Part shown: positions 9,876 to 18,946 of the stretch, one piece after another
Numbering within the stretch: the first letter of the stretch is position 1
How the letters are laid out: each line of letters begins with the position of its first letter
Source: Verrucomicrobiota bacterium
Lineage (GTDB): Bacteria; Verrucomicrobiota; Lentisphaeria; Lentisphaerales; Lentisphaeraceae
Direction of reading: 5' to 3'
DNA length: 64,000 nucleotides
Assembly: GCA_039798785.1 (NCBI GenBank)
Contig: JBDKFG010000011.1
Location: 20,600-84,599 of the forward strand
Notes under the pieces: generated by a model
Told to the model about the DNA's origin: nothing
What the model saw: the letters and a program-made list of their open reading frames with translations, nothing else
The model's database searches: none
Translations under genes and position numbers: made by a program

Positions 9876-9910
9876 AACGCTCCCGGACAGCGAATCCGGG
9901 GGGCGTTTTT
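9876..9910 (+). terminator. Intrinsic terminator-like hairpin
   Basis: AACGCTCCCGGA-cagcgaa-TCCGGGGGGCGTT followed by TTT. Confidence 0.55.
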
Positions 9911-9981
9911 AGCGCGGCGAAGAGCTCACTGGCGTCAAAATCAAATTTCTCGGGGCGCAAATTCAATAGATACGTCATGCC

Positions 9982-10117
9982 TCGAGAGTCAAGAGTTCTA
10001 GGTTTGTAGCCCTGGCTTCAGCCGGTTGTTGAGCTCAAAAGCCGGGGACAGTAGAACGGGCCGGCTGAAGCCGGAGCTACAAACTTGAGCTCAAAATGCA
10101 GAACTCGTGACTCTCGA
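9982..10117. mobile_element. MITE/REPIN-like element containing a GTAG-type REP doublet
   Basis: 18-bp terminal IRs (17/18 match), inner IR GTTTGTAGCCCTGGCTTCAGCCGG / CCGGCTGAAGCCGGAGCTACAAAC, flanks gtcatgcc/atcatgcc. Confidence 0.75.
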
Positions 10118-10526
10118 ATCATGCCATCTTAAATAGATACCTGTCCCCTTTTGCCTCCGGCCTGTCGAAGGCCATCGCGGCGTTGGCGAAGAGCTGTTTG
10201 CGCCACTGGATCTTGAGCTCTTCGTCGAGCTCGGACAGCGGCACGCCGTCTTTCAGCAGTCGAAGGACGGACCGTGATTGTTCGGCGGAAGTGAAGAACG
10301 GCGTTGACGGGGGAGCGAAGCAGGTGCATCTTGCCGGGGCTCCATGAGTGGACCTCCTATTGCGTTAAAATATAGCACGTTAACGCGATTCCATCTTGGC
10401 CCAAACAACGGCAACAAGTAAGGAATGGCAATTGATCAAGAGGGTCATGTCTTGACGCGGTGGAAGGCTTGGAACTTCACAGCAACAACAACCCTCAATC
10501 AAGCTCATTAACTGAGGCCTCCACCC

Positions 10527-11297
10527 ATGCTCACCCGCCTCGTCAACCGCGACTTCCTCACCGCCCTGCTTTGTTGGGGCGGTGGCGCTCTGGTCTGCGC
10601 TCTGGTGGCGTCGGTGCCCTTCCTGGATTTCATCATGAGCACCTTGAACACCCTGGTGCATGAGACTGGGCATGCGGCGGCGGGTTGGTGCTTCGGCTGC
10701 CCGGGGCTTCCCGCCTTCGACTTCACTTACGGCGGCGGCGTCACCCCCTGCCTCGAACAGGCGCCGGATTCGATCTGGCTCTACCGGCTGATCTTCCTCG
10801 GCGGCTTTGTCTTTTTCCTTTGGCGGCGCTGCTGGATTCTCGCCGGCTTGCTAGTGCCCTTGGCGATCCTGCATCATCTCGTCTTCAGCAATTACGACGC
10901 CCACCAGATCGCCATCGTCTATTTCGGCCATGGCGCCGTCGTCGTGGTCGCCGGCATCTTCCTTTGGCGCGGCCTCAGCGCCCGCGACACCGCCGGGCTC
11001 GCCGACCGCAGCCTGCACGCTTTCGCCGGCTTCCTTCTCCTCACCCACGACGCCAAGCTCTTCTGGGGCATCGCCCACGACCCGGAAATCCGCTCCTGGT
11101 ACGAAGAAGGGAAGGGCGACATCATGAACGACTTCGTCAAACTCAGCCTCGACCACCTGCCGCAATTGAGCCACCGGCGTTGGGATCTCGATGACCTCGC
11201 CGTCGCTCAGTTCACCCTCTGCTGCCTGACCCCCTTCCTCGTCCTGGCCTTCGAGACCCTGCGGCGGGCTTGGATTCTCTTCCAGGAGGAGGGCTAA
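10527..11297 (+). CDS. Membrane protein, peptidase M50-like
   Basis: Multiple TM helices with a TLVHETGH (HExxH) motif and a downstream ND. Confidence 0.65.
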   Translation: MLTRLVNRDFLTALLCWGGGALVCALVASVPFLDFIMSTLNTLVHETGHAAAGWCFGCPGLPAFDFTYGGGVTPCLEQAPDSIWLYRLIFLGGFVFFLWRRCWILAGLLVPLAILHHLVFSNYDAHQIAIVYFGHGAVVVVAGIFLWRGLSARDTAGLADRSLHAFAGFLLLTHDAKLFWGIAHDPEIRSWYEEGKGDIMNDFVKLSLDHLPQLSHRRWDLDDLAVAQFTLCCLTPFLVLAFETLRRAWILFQEEG

Positions 11298-11308
11298 ATC
11301 AGCTTCGA

Positions 11309-11578
11309 TCAGCTGCGCAGGAACATGACGAAGAAGCCGATGCCGGCGCAGCCGATCTGGGCATACATCATCTCGTCCGAACCCGTGCTGATACTCGCCT
11401 GCCCACCGGTGTTCTCGGAAAGGAAATTGATGAAGGCGGCCAACATCTTTGGAGCGAAGAAGCCGATGATGCCGCAAACCGTCCCGGAGATGAAGCCGAA
11501 AAGCTTGCTTACCGCCGCATCCTGCAATTTGTCGATGGGGGCCTTTTCAGACGCCCCGAGGCGTTTGCGCCAAGGCAT
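11309..11578 (-). CDS. Small membrane protein
   Basis: 89 aa, RBS AGGAG, two hydrophobic segments. Confidence 0.6.
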   Translation of the reverse strand: MPWRKRLGASEKAPIDKLQDAAVSKLFGFISGTVCGIIGFFAPKMLAAFINFLSENTGGQASISTGSDEMMYAQIGCAGIGFFVMFLRS

Positions 11579-11777
11579 GGGTATTCTCCTGGAGGTTGAC
11601 GCCGCTCACCCTAATCAAGATGCGGCAAGATGCAAACGGAAATGACCAGATGCGCTGACTCGCGTCGCGACCAAGGCAGCGGTAGCAAGGCAAAAGAAAG
11701 GGCGAGAAGGGAATTTATCGACACTTTCGGGATGGGTGGGGGATATTTTGCCGCGGGCGCAAGGACTCCTATTCAAG

Positions 11778-12446
11778 TCAATCCTTGGCTTGCGGGCGCT
11801 TAACCGCAATGAAGGACTCCGATGCAAAGACACCATAGCGTGCGCCTTTCACTTTGTCCGGATTGGCATAGACGAGACGGCAGCGCCCATGCCCGAGGTC
11901 TTGGATCTCAAACATCGCAGAAGCCAGCATTTCGGTGAGAACCGTAGCTGTAATGTGTTGGTCTTTTGGTCGATGTTTTTCCATCATTTTCTCGAATCGC
12001 TCCTTCAGTGACGGGGAGGATTCGATGGTGGCCGTGATGCCGCCGACGATTTCGTAAGTGGAATACACCTTGTAGATCAGGTGGTCTTTAGTAGAGCTCT
12101 CCAGGCGCAGAGAAAAATGGGGGGCCTCCTCGCGGATTTGGAGGTCGTTTTCAATGGAGAGGACTTTGAGGTGACTATCGAGATCTGTATCCTTCACCAA
12201 GGTGAGCAAGAACTCCATGACAACAAGCTTGGCTTCCGGACTGTCCTTGCTGAGCGTGAGGACTTCGCCGCTAGGCTTGGGAGAGACCTCCAGTTGATAC
12301 TCTCCTTTGTCATCGATCCGAGGCTGGAGATCATAGCTGCGATTGAGGTAGAGGCTGCGGACTTGGAATTTTTCTTGAGGGGCCTGGAATTGGCCGCAAG
12401 AGAATAAATTGAGAGCCAGCAAGCAGTACAACTTCACCATCTTCAT
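11778..12446 (-). CDS. Hypothetical lipoprotein
   Basis: Lipobox-like LFSC after a hydrophobic N-terminus; RBS present. Confidence 0.6.
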   Translation of the reverse strand: MKMVKLYCLLALNLFSCGQFQAPQEKFQVRSLYLNRSYDLQPRIDDKGEYQLEVSPKPSGEVLTLSKDSPEAKLVVMEFLLTLVKDTDLDSHLKVLSIENDLQIREEAPHFSLRLESSTKDHLIYKVYSTYEIVGGITATIESSPSLKERFEKMMEKHRPKDQHITATVLTEMLASAMFEIQDLGHGRCRLVYANPDKVKGARYGVFASESFIAVKRPQAKD

Positions 12447-12525
12447 GTGGGGTCCTTTCCTGTTGCGTAAAACAGCATACGATGAGACGGAGGGAGATGC
12501 AAGGCATCCCAGCGCGGGCCAAACG

Positions 12526-12558
12526 AAAAATCGCGCCCGCCGTTTTGCGGCGGGCGCG
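12526..12558 (-). terminator. Terminator after pfp
   Basis: CGCGCCCGCCG/CGGCGGGCGCG hairpin with an A-tract on the + strand. Confidence 0.65.
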
Positions 12559-12581
12559 GTGGGCCTTGGTGGCGGCTGGGC

Positions 12582-14246
12582 TTAGCGGCCGAGCTGTTCG
12601 AGGCGGAGGGTGTGGGTGGTGGTGTCGCAGACTTCGGTGGGGCCGAAGTACTGGATCGGGCCGGGGAAGACGAAGGAGGTCTTCAGGCTCCATTCGCCGC
12701 GCTGGGCGACGAGGCGCTTGAAGGGGGCGCCGTCGAGTTCGACCAAGGCCTTGCGGATCACCGGCTTGTCGGCGCCGTGGCGGCGTTCGACGTTCATCAT
12801 CGAGGTGAGGGGAACGCCGCCGGCGATCCACTGGGCGGCCGGCAGGGTGAGCTTGCGGACGCTGGAGAGGTAGGCGGTCTTGCCGGCGCCGAGGAGGGCG
12901 GCGGCGGTGTAGCCGAGCGAGTAGCAGTAGTCGGCGTCGAAGTTCGACGGTGCGGCGCAGCGGCCTTCGTAGCCGAAGAAGTGGTTCTGGTGCGAGAACT
13001 TGGCCTTCGACTGGCCGGCCTTCTTCTGTTCGGCGAGGCGGGCTTCGACCATGCCGATGAGGAGCTTCTCGGTCTCGATGCGCGAAACCTGGACGTTGCC
13101 GTGCGGGTCGCGGTCGGCGACGAGCTGCTCGCGGATGGCGGCGGGCAGCGAGAAGTAAAGGCTGGCGGAGGCGGCACTGAGGCCGAGCTTGGCGAGGGCG
13201 GCGGTGCCTTCGGCCTTGGCGAAGGCCTTGGGCAGGGCTTCGTCGGCGTGGGCGAGCAGGTCGTTGAGCTCGGAGATCAGGGTCTTCATCTCGGGGACGA
13301 ATTCGACCAGGCCTTCGGGGATGACGATGAGGCCGAAGTTTTCGCCTTTTTCAGCGCGGGCGTTGATCACCGAGCAGATGTCTTCGACGATCTGGCCGAG
13401 GGTCATCTTCTTGGCGGCGACTTCCTCCGAGATGAGAGTGATGTTGGCCTGGGTCTGGAGGCCGACTTCGAGGGCGATGTGCGAGGCGGAGCGGCCCATG
13501 ACCTTCATGAAGTGCCAGTATTTCTTGGCGGAGAGGGCGTCGCGGGCGATGTTGCCGACCAGTTCGGAGTAGACCTTGCAGGCGGTGTCGAAGCCGAAGG
13601 AGGCCTCGATGTATTCGTTCTTGAGGTCGCCGTCGATGGTCTTGGGGCAGCCGACGACTTGGATGCCGGCGTCGATCGACTTGTAGTATTCGGCAAGAAC
13701 ACAGGCGTTGGTGTTGGAGTCGTCGCCGCCGATGACGACGAGGGCGCCGATGCCGAGGGCGCGCATGTTGGCGAGGCCCTTGTCGTACTGGGCCTTTTCT
13801 TCCAGCTTGGTGCGGCCGGAGCCGATGATGTCGAAGCCGCCGGTGTTGCGGTATTCGTTGATCACCGCGTCGGTGATTTCCATGTACTTGTTGTCGACCA
13901 GGCCGCCGGGGCCGCCGAGGAAGCCGAAGAGCTTGCAGCCGGGGTTGAGCGACTTGAGGCCGTCGAAGAGGCCGGCGACGACGTTGTGGCCGCCGGGGGC
14001 CTGGCCGCCGGAGAGGATGACGCCGACCGAGAGGGCGGGGAAGTTGGAGGCGGCGGGATCAGCCTTGAAGCTGAGGATGGGGGCGCCGTAGGTCTTGGGG
14101 AAGAGGGCGGCGATCTTGGCGGCGTCGGCGGCGGCGGTGGTGGGAGCACCGAGCTCGAATTGGACCTTGGCGCCCTTGGCGAAGCAGGCGGGGAGCTTAG
14201 GCTGGTAGGCGGCGCGGGCGATCTGCAGAGGTGACTTAACGGACAT
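12582..14246 (-). CDS. pfp: Pyrophosphate-dependent fructose-6-phosphate 1-phosphotransferase
   Basis: SGGQAPGGHN, GGDDSNTN, PKTIDGD, MGRSASH, GYEGRC motifs. Confidence 0.95.
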   Translation of the reverse strand: MSVKSPLQIARAAYQPKLPACFAKGAKVQFELGAPTTAAADAAKIAALFPKTYGAPILSFKADPAASNFPALSVGVILSGGQAPGGHNVVAGLFDGLKSLNPGCKLFGFLGGPGGLVDNKYMEITDAVINEYRNTGGFDIIGSGRTKLEEKAQYDKGLANMRALGIGALVVIGGDDSNTNACVLAEYYKSIDAGIQVVGCPKTIDGDLKNEYIEASFGFDTACKVYSELVGNIARDALSAKKYWHFMKVMGRSASHIALEVGLQTQANITLISEEVAAKKMTLGQIVEDICSVINARAEKGENFGLIVIPEGLVEFVPEMKTLISELNDLLAHADEALPKAFAKAEGTAALAKLGLSAASASLYFSLPAAIREQLVADRDPHGNVQVSRIETEKLLIGMVEARLAEQKKAGQSKAKFSHQNHFFGYEGRCAAPSNFDADYCYSLGYTAAALLGAGKTAYLSSVRKLTLPAAQWIAGGVPLTSMMNVERRHGADKPVIRKALVELDGAPFKRLVAQRGEWSLKTSFVFPGPIQYFGPTEVCDTTTHTLRLEQLGR

Positions 14247-14361
14247 GTCGATTCTCCTTGGGTGGGCTTGTCAGCCCCAAACCCTAGCCCGAAAATCGCA
14301 AATGGGCAGGTCTGGTGACGGGGATGCCGGCATTCCGCAACACATTTCGCCGGCGGCCAAA

Positions 14362-15129
14362 TCAGAGCCAGCCGCGGCGCACTCCTTCGAAGAGGAAGAC
14401 GGTGGCGGCCTGGGCGACGTTGAGGGATTCGGCGGCGCCGGGCATCGGGATGCTCACCCGTTTGCCGACGCTGAAGTCGCTGACTCCGCCGCCTTCTTCC
14501 CCGAAGACCAGCAGGCCGCCGCGGAGATCGAATTCCGGAGCGAAGCAGGAGACACCGTCGCGCGGCGTCGTCAGCCAGGCGGTGCGGCCGGCGCAATTCG
14601 GCAGGGCGGCCAAGTCCTTCAGGCTGTCGATCTTGCTGATCCGGAGGCGGAACTGCGCTCCCATGCCGGCCCGGACCGCCTTGGGATTGTAGGGATCGAC
14701 GGTGCCTTCGGTGACGATGGCGTCGCGGAGGCCGCAAGCCCAGGCGGTGCGCAGGATGGTGCCGATGTTGCCGGGATCCTGGAGGCCGTCGAGGACGAGG
14801 GTGAAGGATCCAGAGAATTCCGGGCTGACGAAATCGGGGCGGCGGAGGACGACGAGGACTCCTTGGGGGTTCTCGGTGAGGGCGAGTTCCTTGAAGGCTG
14901 CGGCGGAGTCGCGGTAGACCGGCAGGCCCGGGGGGAAGGGCGGCAGGCGGGCCGGGTCGGCCTCGGCGTCGATCAAGGCGAAGTCGCACTGGCCCGGGAG
15001 GGCGGCGAGCGCCTCGGCGGCGCAGCGCTGTCCCTCGGCCGTGAAGAGGCCGCTCTTGCGGCGCCCCTGGCGTGTGCCCAGGGCGCGCAGGATCTTGCGT
15101 TTCGCTTCGCTAAGAGGGAGGGAGTCCAT
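14362..15129 (-). CDS. TrmH/SpoU family RNA methyltransferase
   Basis: QDPGNIGTILRTA, VFGEEGGG, IPMPGAAESLNVA SPOUT motifs. Confidence 0.92.
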   Translation of the reverse strand: MDSLPLSEAKRKILRALGTRQGRRKSGLFTAEGQRCAAEALAALPGQCDFALIDAEADPARLPPFPPGLPVYRDSAAAFKELALTENPQGVLVVLRRPDFVSPEFSGSFTLVLDGLQDPGNIGTILRTAWACGLRDAIVTEGTVDPYNPKAVRAGMGAQFRLRISKIDSLKDLAALPNCAGRTAWLTTPRDGVSCFAPEFDLRGGLLVFGEEGGGVSDFSVGKRVSIPMPGAAESLNVAQAATVFLFEGVRRGWL

Positions 15130-15314
15130 GAAAATTGCGCTTCCGGGAAAATCGGTTTCTGGTGGCCGGGATCCTAGCCTCCCGAGAATCTTTTTCCAAG
15201 CCTTTGCAGAGCTTTTGGCATTATGTGAGTCTGGCGCTAATGTGGCGAGAACCTGCCGTCTCCGCCGGAGCCGGCACTCATTTGCCGAACGTCTTATTCA
15301 GGGAGCGACGGACC

Positions 15315-17756
15315 ATGATGATGAAGCGCCTTTCAGCCACTGCCCTTCTCGTGATCAGCGCCGCGGCATGCCGCAGCAACGACAAGGCGAGCACGGAAAC
15401 TCCGGCCCAGCCCGAAGTGCCCTCCAGCTACCCCGCCAAAGTCGTCGACGTCCGCGAAATCGAATTCCTGACCCCGGCGGAACGCGACGCCCAGCTTGGC
15501 CTTGACTGGCGCAGCAACCGCGCCATCTCCCAGCATCTCACTCCCGACGTCCCGGTCGAGCTCGACATGAGCAGGAACCGCGAAATCGTTCTCAACTATG
15601 AAAAACAGTTCGCCCTCACCGTCAAGGCCGTCTCGGCTCGCGGCCAGGGCACCGTCTCGATCGGCTCGAAGTGGGCCAAGGTCGGCGACGTCATCGACTT
15701 CGAAGCCCTGGAAGACAGCGGCGCCCGCTTCACCGGTTGGGAAGGGGATGTCGAGGGCGAAGGCGTGAAGATCGACGGCAAGAAGATCTCGGTGAAGATG
15801 GACCGCCCCCGCAACATCCGCGCGGTCTTCGCCGCGACCAAGGCCGACCTCTCCTTCGTCGGCGAATTCGGCGCCCCCAAGGGCGGCGGCATCTACGAAC
15901 TCGGACAGGAAGTCGAGTGGAGCGTCACCTCCCCCTGGCCGGTGAGCGAAGGCGTCCAGATGGTCGCCGCCACTCCCTCAGGCAAGATCAAGCTCGACGC
16001 CGACGCCAAGGCCGACCCCGGCTGGAAGCGCCAGGTCCGCATCGCCGCCTCCAGCGCCAACATCGTCTCGGGTTCCACCCAAGGCAGCGACGGTTGGGTC
16101 GACGCCGACAGCGAAATCTCCGTCAACGCCGTTCCCGCCGACGAGTCCTACGGCTTCATCAAATGGGAGGGCGTCCCCTCCGAGCTGGCCGCCCTCAATC
16201 CCCTCAAGATGAAAGCCGACAAGCCCCTCAGCCCGGTGGCCGTCTTCGAGAAACAGAAATTCCGCCTCGCCGTGCTCACCGAATTCGGCAAGGTCAGCGG
16301 CGACGGCCTGCATCCGAAAGACAAGCCCGCGACCTGGTCGGTCGAGAGCCCGGTCGAAATCGCCCCCGGCATCCGAAAAGTCGCCCGCAACGCCGGCGGC
16401 ACTGTGACCATGAACACCAACAAGACCTACCGCATCGACTGGGATACCGAAGTCCTCCTCGAGGTGATCAAGAAGACCGCCGCCAGCGAGACCGTCGTCC
16501 GCAGCGAATGGGTGCCGGTCGGCAAGATGATCAAGGGCATCAGCGTCGATCGCAGCAAGGAAGAGGCCGCTCCTCTTTGGGAAGGCAGCGTCGAACGCAG
16601 CCTGGCGCGTGAAGAGTCCCTCAACCTGAAGATGGACCGCCCCCGTCGCCTCGTCGCCAACTTCACCCCCGAGCCCAGCACCCTGCTCGCCACAGACAGC
16701 GCCGGCGCCGTCTTGGTCGAGAAAAAGACTTTCAAGCCCGAAGACGCCAAGGAAGTCATCCCCGGCACTCAGTACGTCAGCGCCGTCGAGCGCGGCGTCC
16801 TCGTCCGTAGCGAGCTCGAGAAGCAGCTAGACAAGGGCGACAAGATCGCCGCCAGCGAGAGGGACATCCTCGAAGGTCAGCCCGCCCGCATCGACACCGG
16901 CGTCGCCTTCGCCGGCTGGAAGAACTGCGTCCGCATGCGCAACGAATACGCCCAGCTGATCATCGCCCCCGATATCGGCCGCGTCGTCTACTTCGGCTCC
17001 CCCGACGACCGCAGCAACCTGCTCTGGCTCAATGAAGACCTGAAAGGCAAGACCTTCAGCCGCGACGACGCCGCCAAGGCCTACAACGATGTCGGCGGCT
17101 CGCGCGTGAACGTCGCCCCCGCCGAAGTCGTCCTGCCGCTGACCGGCAAGGCCTTCCCCCAGCCCTACGAGATCGACGGCTCGGCCTGCAAGGTCATCCT
17201 CGGCGCCAACAAGGTGGTCACCCAGACCTATCCCGAAAAAGCCGTCGGCTGTTTCGTCGAGCGTAGCTTCGTCCTGAAGAAGAACAAGCTCTACGTGCAC
17301 ACCGCCTTGGTCGGCACCTCCGACCTGAAGCATGACTACTCGGTCGGCCCGCAGACCTTCACCCAGTTCATCCGGCCCCAGAAGGTCCTCTTCGGCCGCT
17401 CGGAAGACCGGGTCAACCACCCCGCCGGCTACGCCGTCCTGAAAGGCACCGCGCCTGAAATCGTCAAGGATGACGAAGGCCGCATGGCCTTCGCCTTCCC
17501 TGAGCAGGCCGCCAGCGAATGGCGCATCGGCACCTACTCGGACTACATCCAGATGGAATTCAAGGACTTCATCGTCACCGCCAAGGCCATCTACAAGAAG
17601 GGCGAAGAATTCAACGAGTCGAACACCAACCTGCAGCTCTACTGCCCCGAAAGCCCGGTCGACTGCGTCGAGATCGGCCAGACCGGCTCGCTCGCCAAGC
17701 TGTCGAAGGACTCCCAGACCACCTCCGAGATCGTCTGGATCCTGGAAAAGCGCTGA
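15315..17756 (+). CDS. Large lipoprotein with tandem InlB-B-like beta repeats and a C-terminal DUF4380/mutarotase-like domain
   Basis: Lipobox AAAC; repeats FTGWEG...KMDRPRNIRAVF; C-terminal GWKNCVRMRN...PDIGRVVYF...NLLW. Confidence 0.6.
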   Translation: MMMKRLSATALLVISAAACRSNDKASTETPAQPEVPSSYPAKVVDVREIEFLTPAERDAQLGLDWRSNRAISQHLTPDVPVELDMSRNREIVLNYEKQFALTVKAVSARGQGTVSIGSKWAKVGDVIDFEALEDSGARFTGWEGDVEGEGVKIDGKKISVKMDRPRNIRAVFAATKADLSFVGEFGAPKGGGIYELGQEVEWSVTSPWPVSEGVQMVAATPSGKIKLDADAKADPGWKRQVRIAASSANIVSGSTQGSDGWVDADSEISVNAVPADESYGFIKWEGVPSELAALNPLKMKADKPLSPVAVFEKQKFRLAVLTEFGKVSGDGLHPKDKPATWSVESPVEIAPGIRKVARNAGGTVTMNTNKTYRIDWDTEVLLEVIKKTAASETVVRSEWVPVGKMIKGISVDRSKEEAAPLWEGSVERSLAREESLNLKMDRPRRLVANFTPEPSTLLATDSAGAVLVEKKTFKPEDAKEVIPGTQYVSAVERGVLVRSELEKQLDKGDKIAASERDILEGQPARIDTGVAFAGWKNCVRMRNEYAQLIIAPDIGRVVYFGSPDDRSNLLWLNEDLKGKTFSRDDAAKAYNDVGGSRVNVAPAEVVLPLTGKAFPQPYEIDGSACKVILGANKVVTQTYPEKAVGCFVERSFVLKKNKLYVHTALVGTSDLKHDYSVGPQTFTQFIRPQKVLFGRSEDRVNHPAGYAVLKGTAPEIVKDDEGRMAFAFPEQAASEWRIGTYSDYIQMEFKDFIVTAKAIYKKGEEFNESNTNLQLYCPESPVDCVEIGQTGSLAKLSKDSQTTSEIVWILEKR

Positions 17757-17771
17757 ACTTACCTGAAGCTC

Positions 17772-17802
17772 AAAAACCCCCGCCGGAAACGGCGGGGGTT
17801 TT
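17772..17802. terminator. Bidirectional terminator
   Basis: AAAAACCCCCGCCG-gaaa-CGGCGGGGGTTTT between convergent genes. Confidence 0.8.
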
Positions 17803-17819
17803 GCGTTCAGTCTGCACCT

Positions 17820-17867
17820 GTCCGATCACTCCGATCACTCCGATCGGTAGGATCGGAGTGATCGGAC
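17820..17867. repeat. 9-mer tandem/inverted repeat (TCCGATCAC)n
   Basis: gTCCGATCAC TCCGATCAC TCCGATC ggtag GATCGGA GTGATCGGAc. Confidence 0.75.
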
Positions 17868-17893
17868 CGATCTTCATTTTCTTTCTCATCGCC

Positions 17894-18787
17894 TCAAGCC
17901 CGGGGATGGAACTTCTGGTGCACCGCCTGGAGGCGCGAGGCGTCGACGTGGGTATAGATCTGGGTGGTGGCGATATCGGCGTGGCCGAGGAGTTCCTGGA
18001 TGACCCGCAGGTCGGCGCCGCGGGCGAGCAAGGCGGAGGCGAAGGAGTGGCGCAGCATGTGGGGGTGGAGGTGCTTGCCGAGGCCTGCTGCGAGGGCGCT
18101 TTCCTGGAGGAAGGCCCAGACCCGGGCACGGGTCAGTATCCGGCCCGATTTCGACAAGATCAGTTCAGGCGCGCCATGGACGTCAAGCACCGGCCGGGAT
18201 TCCTCCAAGTAGCGGCGGAGCAGCCTCTCAGCCTCGCGGCCGAAAGGCACCATCCGCTCCTTAGCACCCTTGCCGGAAACCCGCAGGAAGGCGCGCCGGA
18301 AGTCCACTCCATCGAGTCGCAAGGTGCAGAGCTCGGTGACCCGCAAACCGCAGGAAAACAAGAGCTCGACCGCCAGATGATTGCGCAAGCCCAGGGGCTG
18401 CGTGTCGTCGTAGGAACGGAGGAGCTGCTCGACCTCCGCCGGACTGAGATGGTCCGGCAGAAGCCGCCAGAGCCGGGGCGAATCCATCACCGCAGTGACG
18501 TCGGCCGGCACCAGCTTCTCTTGGGTCATCCAGCGCCAGAAGAGCCGCAGGGTGACGAGCCGCCGGGCCAAGGTGGCGCTGCCGAGGTTGCGCTCCTGTA
18601 GGGACTCGAGGTATTCGGTCAGTTGCGCCCGGTCCGCAGACGCCGCCACCACACCGGACCTCGCGGACCAGGCTTCATAGTCGCGCAGATCGGCGAGATA
18701 GGCCTCAATGCTTGTCCCGGCCAATCCCCGGTCAAGGATCAGCCAAGCCCGGAAGCGTTCGCAAAAATCGCTGAATTCGTCGTTCAT
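17894..18787 (-). CDS. xerD: Tyrosine recombinase XerD
   Basis: GLRVTEL, GKGAKER, HPHMLRHSFA, LLGHADIATTQIYTHV catalytic motifs. Confidence 0.88.
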   Translation of the reverse strand: MNDEFSDFCERFRAWLILDRGLAGTSIEAYLADLRDYEAWSARSGVVAASADRAQLTEYLESLQERNLGSATLARRLVTLRLFWRWMTQEKLVPADVTAVMDSPRLWRLLPDHLSPAEVEQLLRSYDDTQPLGLRNHLAVELLFSCGLRVTELCTLRLDGVDFRRAFLRVSGKGAKERMVPFGREAERLLRRYLEESRPVLDVHGAPELILSKSGRILTRARVWAFLQESALAAGLGKHLHPHMLRHSFASALLARGADLRVIQELLGHADIATTQIYTHVDASRLQAVHQKFHPRA

Positions 18788-18946
18788 GGCGGGGACTGTC
18801 GGCAGGTTGGAAAATGACGGCTCCGGCCCTTACCGCGGGCAGGCGGTCCGTCGGGAAGATACTCGCTGCGGTGAAATCCACCGGGTCTCGCGTAAAGAGA
18901 AGCGCCGGTGCTAGTTTGACGGCAGCATCAACCCGAGGACTCCTCC

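Noticed and set aside
17894..18787. Tyrosine recombinase as a prophage or island integrase
   Set aside because: Size and motifs match housekeeping XerD; there are no phage genes or att repeats nearby.
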